From the NCBI RefSeq assembly GCF_009914755.1, contig NC_060925.1: 64,000 nucleotides of DNA. One strand, written 5' to 3'. Shown piece by piece: positions 55,373-63,267 of the stretch. This DNA comes from the human T2T-CHM13v2.0 reference genome, Homo sapiens. The notes below the pieces were generated by a model. That model had not been told where the DNA came from. It searched no databases and saw only the letters and a list, made by a program, of their open reading frames with translations. Every line of letters begins with the position of its first letter. Positions within the stretch are counted from its first letter, which is position 1. The position numbers and the translations under genes were made by a program.

Positions 55373-56083
55373 GGAAAATTCAGAGAGTAACTGAAGTTTT
55401 ATCATTAATGGGACTAAAGTGCTTTAGCCCAGAAACAGATTTGTAAAACCATTACTGCTAACAAAGACATCATTATAAGCACAGCTGTACTGACACTGAA
55501 ATTAAAATTTGACCCATCTTGGAATTTTGGCCCCTTGGTCCTGTTTCCCTGGGACAGATTGCCTTAAACCAGTTGTGCCCTTTATACCCACTTTTGGCAT
55601 CCCTAAACACTTAGTGCTTGCCAAAAACCTATCACCATGGCTATGGATTGTAGATTTTCCCAATTCCATTAATGCCTATCACTAGTTGGGCATTTCTATA
55701 GTATTTTCTATAACTTATTTTCCCAGCCTCAGACTCAACATGACTTTCTCCAAAGTAGCTCCATCAATACTTTAAGCTCAAAACCAATTAGCACAGGGGC
55801 CTATGAAACCTGACAATTTGCTCATATGGAGAATTAGGAAATATTGCACTTTAATGCATAAGACACCTTGTAAAATACCCATAAAATTTTAACTGGCTGC
55901 AGTGTTAATGAAGCAAATACCATGGAGTTATAATAGCTTTTGAATGTGATTTATGCTTACAGCTAATGAACAGATGAAAAGCACTGTCCTTTTTTAAGTA
56001 AACACTACACACTCCAGATGGATTGCAAAAATTTATTAAAATTGGAGACACTGTTTTAATCTTCTTGTGCCATGAGACTCCAT

Positions 56084-56106
56084 CAGGCAGTCTACAAAGA
56101 CCACTG
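56084..56106 (-). other. GAS5: GAS5 hormone-response-element mimic (GRE decoy hairpin)
   Basis: CAGTGGTCTTTGTAGACTGCCTG in exon 12. Confidence 0.8.
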
Positions 56107-56263
56107 GGAGGCTGAGGATCACTTGAGCCCAGAAGTTTGAGGCTGTAGTAAGCTTCAAAGGCCACTGCACTCTAGCTTGGGTGAGGCAAGACCCTGTCTC
56201 AAAAAATAAGACAAGACTTTTAGCCACATTTACAGACTTCAATTAAAATGCTACATGGGAATG

Positions 56264-56340
56264 CAGAATATCAGATATTTTATTGTCATCAAGTAATCAG
56301 TGAGAGAGTTCAAGTTGGATTGAGATCATCATGTATTCTG
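56264..56340 (-). ncRNA. SNORD81: Box C/D snoRNA U81
   Basis: CAGAATA stem, ATGATGA box C, CTGA D'/D; intron 11. Confidence 0.93.
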
Positions 56341-56486
56341 CAATTATAATAGTCCCAACATTTCCAATCCTCACCTTTCAAGCAGTAAGCTGCATGCTTG
56401 CTTGTTGTGGTCATTAAAAACCCTGAAAGCGAAGCCAACATATTAATCAGGGCAAAATACAAATGTGTGATGCTTGTTAGTAGAGT

Positions 56487-56563
56487 AACCTCAGAATCAA
56501 AATGGAACGGTTTTACAGTGATATCATTATATTTCATTTGGCAGAATCATTACATCATTGGTT
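56487..56563 (-). ncRNA. SNORD47: Box C/D snoRNA U47
   Basis: GTAACC/GGTTAC stem, ATGATGT box C, CTGA box D; intron 10. Confidence 0.93.
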
Positions 56564-56946
56564 ACACTGAAAATCATCACATGTACCAAAAGCTGACTCA
56601 CCTAGTTTAGGATAACAGGTCTGCCTGTTTGAAGATGAAAAATAATACCCATTTAAAATTTGCCCTACTCAATTTCCTTCTCAGTCACATTTTAACTTTT
56701 AAACAGCTAATCACTCCCATCTACAGATTAAGGTGTATATGCCACCAAAACCTTTTGCCACCTTAAAAATTTCCTTCAAAGTTTAAACTAACCTGCATTT
56801 CTTCAATCATGAATTCTGAGTCCTGAAATTAAGGGACAATACACAGTAAGACAACTTGCATACAATTAGGAGTAATCCAAAATCTCCAAACATTATAGAA
56901 TGGCTATATTCCCCTTTTCGGGGCATAAACTAGAATGTTACCGCCA

Positions 56947-57024
56947 GATACATCAGATAGGAGCGAAAGACTTAATATTGCTCATCAGCGTTAGTCTGCT
57001 GAACTATGTTATCATCATTGTATC
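56947..57024 (-). ncRNA. SNORD80: Box C/D snoRNA U80
   Basis: GATAC stem, ATGATGA, CATAGTTCAG guide, CTGA; intron 8. Confidence 0.93.
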
Positions 57025-57054
57025 GGCTTTACAACACTTAAAAACCAGACTTGA

Positions 57055-57329
57055 GGCGGGGCATGGTGGCTCACGCCTGTAATCCCAGCACTTTGGGAGG
57101 TCAGTGCGGGCAGTATCACTTGAGGTCAAGAGTTCGAGACCAGCCTGGACAACATAGCTGTACAAAATTAGCCAGGCATGGTGTCACATGCCTGTAATCC
57201 CAGCTACTCAAGAGGCTGAGGCAGGAGAATTCCTTGAACCTGGGAGGCAGAGGTTGCAGTGAACTGATAGTGCCGCTGCACTCCATTCTGGGCAAGAGCT
57301 AGACTCTTGTCTAAAAAAAAAAAAAAAAA
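57055..57329 (+). mobile_element. Alu in GAS5 intron 8 (linker region deleted)
   Basis: Alu arms and poly(A). Confidence 0.9.
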
Positions 57330-57466
57330 TACTTGGAACTGCTATACCTTTGCTTCTTTAAAACTTGCTCCACACAGTGTAGTCAAGCCGACTCTCCATA
57401 CCTGTAGAAATTTAATCTCCTTTACCAATAGGTAGTAATAGGTGGATTTCTAAAAGATTTCCCAAC

Positions 57467-57551
57467 TACTGTTTCAGTTTAAGATTAATCTCCATTTTCT
57501 TTCTCAGAGAGATTCCCATCTGCTTTAATTTTAAAATCATCACTAACAGTA
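57467..57551 (-). ncRNA. SNORD79: Box C/D snoRNA U79
   Basis: TACTGTT/AACAGTA stem, GTGATGA, CTGA; intron 7. Confidence 0.93.
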
Positions 57552-57740
57552 GCTCAATCAATTAACGTTAACATCAATAAAACATGTACCTTTAAAAGGT
57601 ATGACAGGAACTGTCTTCATGTCCTTACCCAAGCAAGTCATCCATGGATAAAAACGTTACCAGGAGCTGGAATACAAATGAGGACTTCCATTAAAATGCT
57701 AAACATCATTAAACTCTTTTCAAAGTTGTCTGTCACAGGG

Positions 57741-57805
57741 TTCTTCAGTGTTACCTTTGTCTACATGCTCATTTCAGGTCAGACATTTGATCAACATCAT
57801 TACAC
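57741..57805 (-). ncRNA. SNORD78: Box C/D snoRNA U78
   Basis: ATGATGT box C, ATGTCTGACCTGA, CTGA; intron 6. Confidence 0.93.
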
Positions 57806-58086
57806 AAACCCCGTTCCAAACATGCTCAAGGAAAACACATAAACACTGTTCCAGACATGCTCAAGGAAAATACAGTCAGTATTCATCAGCCAAGCCTTAA
57901 GCCATTAGCTCAGCAGTAAGCATATCACCATCAGCATTTTCATTAAGTCTATCTACTGTTTTCATTAATACTTACCAGAACCATTAAGCTGGTCCAGGCA
58001 AGTTGGACTCCACCTAAGAAATAAGAGTGGTCTTAGAATAGCCACAGATGAGTGTTCACCCCCTGCCAAAACTAACAAATGCCTTT

Positions 58087-58147
58087 AGTCAGTTAGAGCT
58101 AATTAAGACCTTCATGTTCAGTCAGCATTTGCTTATCATCATCCAGG
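58087..58147 (-). ncRNA. SNORD44: Box C/D snoRNA U44
   Basis: CCTGGATGATGATAAGC...AATTAGCTCTAACTGACT; intron 5. Confidence 0.95.
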
Positions 58148-58418
58148 CTGCATTTACAAACTTTCTTATTAATCATAACAAGACAAGAATCTGCCATTTA
58201 TTTAATGCATTCAGCACTAGGAGGTAACTAAAAAGCCATTTGTGCCGTAGGAAGTTTGCCCAGTTACCTGCTTACTTGGATACAGTTTCACTTACCATTT
58301 CAACTTCCAGCTTTCTGTCTAATGCCTGTAATTTTAATACAAAATTGTCAGCAAAAAATATTTTAATGGTAGATTGGTGGTACACTGCTTAACCATTAAC
58401 AGCAAACCACAACTACCC

Positions 58419-58490
58419 CAGATACATCAGACAGATAGTACATCTCTTCATGATTAAATCTGCTGAACTATGCAACCATCATAGTATCTG
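58419..58490 (-). ncRNA. SNORD77: Box C/D snoRNA U77
   Basis: CAGATAC stem, ATGATGG box C, CTGA; intron 4. Confidence 0.92.
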
Positions 58491-58753
58491 TTTTCACATT
58501 TTCTTCAGTATTAAACTTAGTATCAATATGAGAGCAAAATTCTCATTTGAAAAGAGGGGAGAGAAGCACTAACATAGATAATCATCATTGCTTTGGCTAT
58601 TTTCTAATCCCTTAAAAGTGAGAAGTACAAAATAGAGGTGTCTCACCTGTGTGCCAATGGCTTGAGTTAGGCTTGCTCTTTAGGACCTGGGAAGAAACAA
58701 CTTCATGTGAACTTAGGTGTACTCTCTATGTTCCCCAACTCACCATTTTGGGT

Positions 58754-58833
58754 GCCTCAGTTAAGATAATGGTGGTTAAGATCCTCATCATTCTAGCACT
58801 CAAGAGTAGCAAATAAACTGTCATCATTGTGGC
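58754..58833 (-). ncRNA. SNORD76: Box C/D snoRNA U76
   Basis: ATGATGA C and C', CTGA D, GCC/GGC stem; intron 3. Confidence 0.93.
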
Positions 58834-58997
58834 ACATCCAATGGCTTTAAACCTTTTTGAGAGGGAATTTTCAACTTACTTCAGTAGCTATTCTCATCCT
58901 TCCTTGGGGACACAACTAGAAAACAAAAAGATGCAAGCAAAACAGTGAGAATGAACCTCACAGCAGTCACGTTAAATATAAATGCTGTTAACATTAA

Positions 58998-59057
58998 AGC
59001 CTCAGAATAGAATTTCAGAAATCCCTTCTGTCCACTACTCTTAAAGCATCACAGGCT
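58998..59057 (-). ncRNA. SNORD75: Box C/D snoRNA U75
   Basis: AGCC/GGCT stem, GTGATGC box C, CTGA; intron 2. Confidence 0.92.
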
Positions 59058-59356
59058 GAGACCACCTCTTAGATTTCATTCTTCCCACCATACTTTCCCC
59101 AATTCTTACCTGTCCATAAGGTGCTATCCAGAGCCACACTGCATCTGCACCCAGCACCATACCTAAAGAGATCAGGTACAGATTTTAATTCATTGTTCCA
59201 CGGTTCTTTTTTTTAAAGAGTGTTCTTTAAAAAAAACGGTTCGTCTTTTTAAACCAATGATGCAGGTAACATACCATTCATTATCTAGCGACAGGTAAAG
59301 GATACACTTAATGTTACAAAGAAGCACTGCACCCGCAGTTAAGAACCACCGATGGC

Positions 59357-59645
59357 GGCCGGGCGCGGTGGCTCACGGCTTGTAATCCCAGTATGTTGGG
59401 GGACCACGGCTGGTGGATCACCTGAGGTCAGGAGTTCAAGACCAGTCTCGCCAACATGGTGAAACCCCGTCTCTACTAAAAATATAAAAGCCTAGCACGG
59501 TGGCGCGCGCCTGTAGTCCCAGTTACTTGGGAGGCTGAGGCAGAACTGCTTAACTCGGGACGCGGAGGTTGCCATTAACCGATATCGAGCCACTGCATTC
59601 CAGCCTGGGTGACAGAACGAGGCTCGGTCTCAAAAAAGAAAAAAG
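59357..59645 (+). mobile_element. Alu in GAS5 intron 1
   Basis: Alu consensus, CpG-rich; TSD-like AAGAACCACCGATGG/AAGAAACACTAATGG. Confidence 0.92.
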
Positions 59646-59793
59646 AAACACTAATGGAAATATTGGTGACACTGCGGAATGCAGGCACTTAAGCACGTGG
59701 ACTACCACCGACAGCCTTTCATGAGAGCGGACGGCTGATGGAGGCTCGGGTCACGGCCCTTAACAATAGCTTACTCGGGTGACTCGGCATGTG

Positions 59794-59865
59794 CCACCAT
59801 CAGAGCGGTTGGCATTCATCATTACTCTCAGATGTCCCTACCAACACAGGCTTCATCAGAGGCAG
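59794..59865 (-). ncRNA. SNORD74: Box C/D snoRNA U74
   Basis: TGATGA C and C', CTGA D' and D, GGTAGGGACA guide; intron 1. Confidence 0.93.
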
Positions 59866-60109
59866 GGCACGAGAGCCGAGGCTTCTCCGCAGTTCTACTC
59901 TAACATAGTCGCAGCTTAGGTCACGCATGCACCATATGTGCAATCCCCCACCATCCTCAACTTGTAGGCCCTGCAAAGGCGCGCGACTGGCTTAGAAGTC
60001 CCAGTCAATTCAGGGTGACCTTAGCAGACAAAGGCTGGAGCGCCCCAAAACCCGCAACATTCGCAAAGATAAAACATACCTCACAGGAGTCGACTCCTAC
60101 CTCGAAAAG

Positions 60110-60960
60110 ACAGTATGGTGCCTGGGCTCCTGTATATAAGAGTTCTTTTGATGACGTCACGACGCACGCTCCCGGCAGCGTCCGCTTCGGCTCCTCCCCC
60201 TAACCTCCCTCAATCTTCCTCTCATCCAGTATCACCTTCTTCCCACCCCTTAAGTCCGCCCCTTTTCCCCGCCCTTCCTCGCCATTGCGGGCAGAGACAT
60301 GACCGTCCACGTGATGCCGTGCTCCCGCCCTCCTCCCGACTGAGGAGGAAGAGCAGAGAGGGGAGGGGGCGCGAGGCAAGGAAAGCTCTGGGGATGGGGG
60401 AAGGGGGGGCGGTGTAAGGCTGAGTGATTTCCTTCCGGCACGTCGCCCGCTCCGTGGGAGGGGGTGGGGGATTTCACTTCCGGGACGGTGTTCCGGCCCA
60501 TTCCGGCCCATTTCCACCCCCGGAGGTAGGTGCTGCTCCTTGACTGGACTCGGGCCCCACACCCCAGTGCCACTTCCCTGCACCGGGGTCACCTCGCCCG
60601 CCCTCCGCCGCAGCGCGCTCCTGGGGCGCTCAGCTACTTTCCTTCACCCCGCCTCCAGGCACCGGGCGACCTTCCACCCCCTTGGCCCCCGGCCGGGCTG
60701 ATCTGCCGGACCCGCCCCCTCGCGGGGCCCCTCCCTCAGGACCCCGGGAAGGGCGGCCCCCTCCCCCACCGCAGCCGGGACACACCCAGATACGCACACC
60801 CACCTCCTGGCAGCTCCCCGCCCGCCGCCGCCTGGAGCCGGTCCCTGGGCGCCGCCCCCTTCCTAGTTCTCACCTGAGCGCTGGCTCCCCCGCCCGACGC
60901 CTTGTCCCCATCTTCTCCGAAGTTCCTCAGTGACATTTTGCCCTTTAGCCAGTTCCCCTC
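60110..60960. promoter_or_regulatory. CpG-island bidirectional promoter GAS5(-)/ZBTB37(+)
   Basis: TATATA ~25-30 nt upstream of the GAS5 start (60133-60138), full CRE TGACGTCA 60152-60159, GC boxes, E-box CACGTG, repeated TTCCGG ETS sites 60433-60506. Confidence 0.9.
60478..60525 (+). other. ZBTB37: ZBTB37 first non-coding exon (5' end approximate); a second UTR exon likely starts at 61045
   Basis: GAG|GTAGGT donor after 60525; CCCTTTTACAG acceptor ending 61044. Confidence 0.55.
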
Positions 60961-62344
60961 TCCCCAGGCTTCCTAACGCAGAAGAAAGCTGCTCAAGTGC
61001 TGGAGTGGCCAACCCCATGCCGTTCCCAATTCTCCCTTTTACAGCTCTCACCCCTCCAGTGCCGACGGTAGCGAAAGACTTTCCTCCAGGGGCTTCCTCA
61101 CTGGGGAATTGCCGGAAAGAGCAAACAAAAAAGGCGCTGGTGTAGGCTCCAAAATAAACACATCTGAATTCATGATGGCATCGACAGAGGCTCTTATTGG
61201 ATTAAAAGTTTCAAAACAAACAATAACGCTTTGGAAAAAGGTCAGATTGGCTAAAGTTGATTGTTGAAAACAGTGTATACACTTCCCTATTTAATAAGTG
61301 TGTTGTTAATGCGGGGCAGTACTGTGAGCTTGGCAGAGTAAGTTCCTGAAGTTTCAGGTGTGGTGTAACTATGTAATATATAGATAAGTGAACGCACATT
61401 GGGCTTAAGTAAATGTCTTCCTGTTCGGATTTATACAAACTATTTTCAGTAGTTGAAACTGTACTTTCAACTATCTTGTATACAGCTTCAGGTTTAGTGT
61501 TTCAGCCATTTTTTAAAAATATTTTAATGGAAAAATGTTGGCATACTTGGTAAATGCTGTATTTTTTCATCGGATCTGGAGAACTAAGTTTCAGGATGGA
61601 AGTATTCATCACCACCTCGGAATTGCCAACTTCGAATTTGGCAGATTTACCCAGCTTTCCTAATTTTGACAACTGAACTTCACATTCTCTGCATCTTGGT
61701 TGAATCCTGGCACAGCTGTGGGATTTTTCCTAGAGTTTGCTTCACAGCCCTATAACCAAAGTCTTTTTGTGGGGGGGCTCTGATTCTTAAGCTTAGAAAT
61801 ATTAGCCTACATTCATGTGGGATATTAGTCCTTTTATAAAATAATAAACATAATTCTTGCAGCAGGTAGTAAAATACTAAGAAGAGGGATATCAAGCTAT
61901 GTAGAATTGCATTTATTCAGAAAGCTTTCCTCCTCCAGAGAAAAGTTGTAAAGTTATGAGATGTTATATTCAGTCTGCAAGTACCTTATAGTTAACACTT
62001 AAAAGTCCTTCCCCCTACCTTCTGTTGAACTTCTGTTTTGATGTTATATAACTTATTAGTAAGGAAAGCATGGTCATAACATGAATTTTTAGGAGTCTAA
62101 AGATCACTTTTTAGTTTTAACTATGTCCTCCTGTGAAACTTAAACTGAAAAACCTGTTGGTGATTCTGTTTCCACATCTAAATATAAGGAAGGTATTTCT
62201 TTTATCTGGAGATTTTGAAATTTTACCAGATAACTATGTTTAAATACTTTTGAAATGGAAACCATCCGGGAAGTAAAATTATAATTATTAATGAGAATAT
62301 GGTTTCTTTTTTCAGCAGGGTTGAATGCACCCTCAGGCACGACC

Positions 62345-63267
62345 ATGGAGAAAGGTGGGAACATACAATTGGAGATTCCTGACTTCAGCAACTCTGTCCT
62401 GAGCCATCTAAACCAGTTGCGCATGCAGGGCCGTCTCTGTGATATTGTGGTCAATGTGCAAGGACAAGCTTTTCGGGCTCACAAAGTGGTGCTGGCTGCC
62501 AGCTCCCCCTATTTCCGGGATCACATGTCCTTGAATGAGATGAGTACAGTCTCCATTTCAGTCATCAAGAACCCTACTGTTTTTGAACAGCTCCTTTCTT
62601 TCTGTTACACAGGGCGGATATGCCTGCAACTGGCAGATATCATCAGCTACCTAACAGCTGCCAGTTTTCTGCAAATGCAGCATATTATAGACAAATGTAC
62701 ACAGATCCTGGAGGGCATTCATTTCAAAATTAATGTGGCTGAGGTTGAAGCAGAATTAAGTCAAACAAGGACAAAGCATCAAGAGAGACCTCCAGAGTCT
62801 CACAGGGTTACACCAAATCTCAACCGCTCCCTTAGCCCACGACATAATACCCCAAAGGGAAACCGGCGAGGTCAGGTTAGTGCTGTGCTGGATATCAGAG
62901 AGCTAAGTCCTCCTGAGGAGTCCACCAGCCCTCAGATCATTGAACCAAGTTCTGATGTAGAGAGCCGGGAGCCCATTCTTCGGATCAACCGAGCAGGACA
63001 GTGGTATGTGGAGACAGGAGTGGCGGACCGTGGGGGTCGGAGTGATGATGAAGTTAGAGTTCTTGGAGCAGTACACATCAAAACTGAAAATCTGGAGGAG
63101 TGGCTTGGGCCTGAGAATCAGCCTTCTGGAGAAGATGGGAGTAGTGCAGAGGAAGTAACAGCCATGGTGATTGATACCACAGGCCATGGTTCTGTAGGAC
63201 AGGAAAATTATACTTTAGGGTCTTCAGGAGCCAAGGTGGCTCGGCCAACAAGCAGTGAAGTTGACAG
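62345..63267 (+). CDS. ZBTB37: Zinc finger and BTB domain protein 37, first coding exon (BTB + linker; zinc-finger exons lie beyond the window)
   Basis: ACCATGG; MEKGGNIQLEIPDF...LCDIVVNVQGQAFRAHKVVLAASSPYF; CAGCAG acceptor 62313-62318; AG|GTAGGT donor. Confidence 0.95.

Larger units (their letters stand above)
58300..59160 (-). other. GAS5: GAS5 spliced 50-codon sORF over exons 2-5 (NMD-triggering)
   Basis: MVLGADAVWLWIAPYGQLCPQGRMRIATEVLKSKPNSSHWHTGIRQKAGS*, ATG 59160-59158, TGA 58302-58300. Confidence 0.75.
56019..60109 (-). ncRNA. GAS5: GAS5 lncRNA / snoRNA host. Exons: 60109-60080, 59162-59110, 58915-58880, 58686-58647, 58325-58296, 58013-57976, 57666-57629 (or -57590), 57401-57348, 56822-56793, 56624-56602, 56422-56375, 56193-~56019
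   Basis: 5'TOP start CTTTTC, 12 short GT-AG exons, ten intronic C/D snoRNAs, AATAAA at 56037-56032. Confidence 0.96.

Noticed and set aside
60015-61145. Pro/Gly/Arg-rich ORFs in the GAS5/ZBTB37 promoter
   Set aside because: Low-complexity by-products of a CpG island.
62291-62344. Upstream ATG extending ZBTB37 to 326 aa
   Set aside because: ATG 62291 lies in the intron before the CAGCAG acceptor; ATG 62345 has the strong Kozak context.
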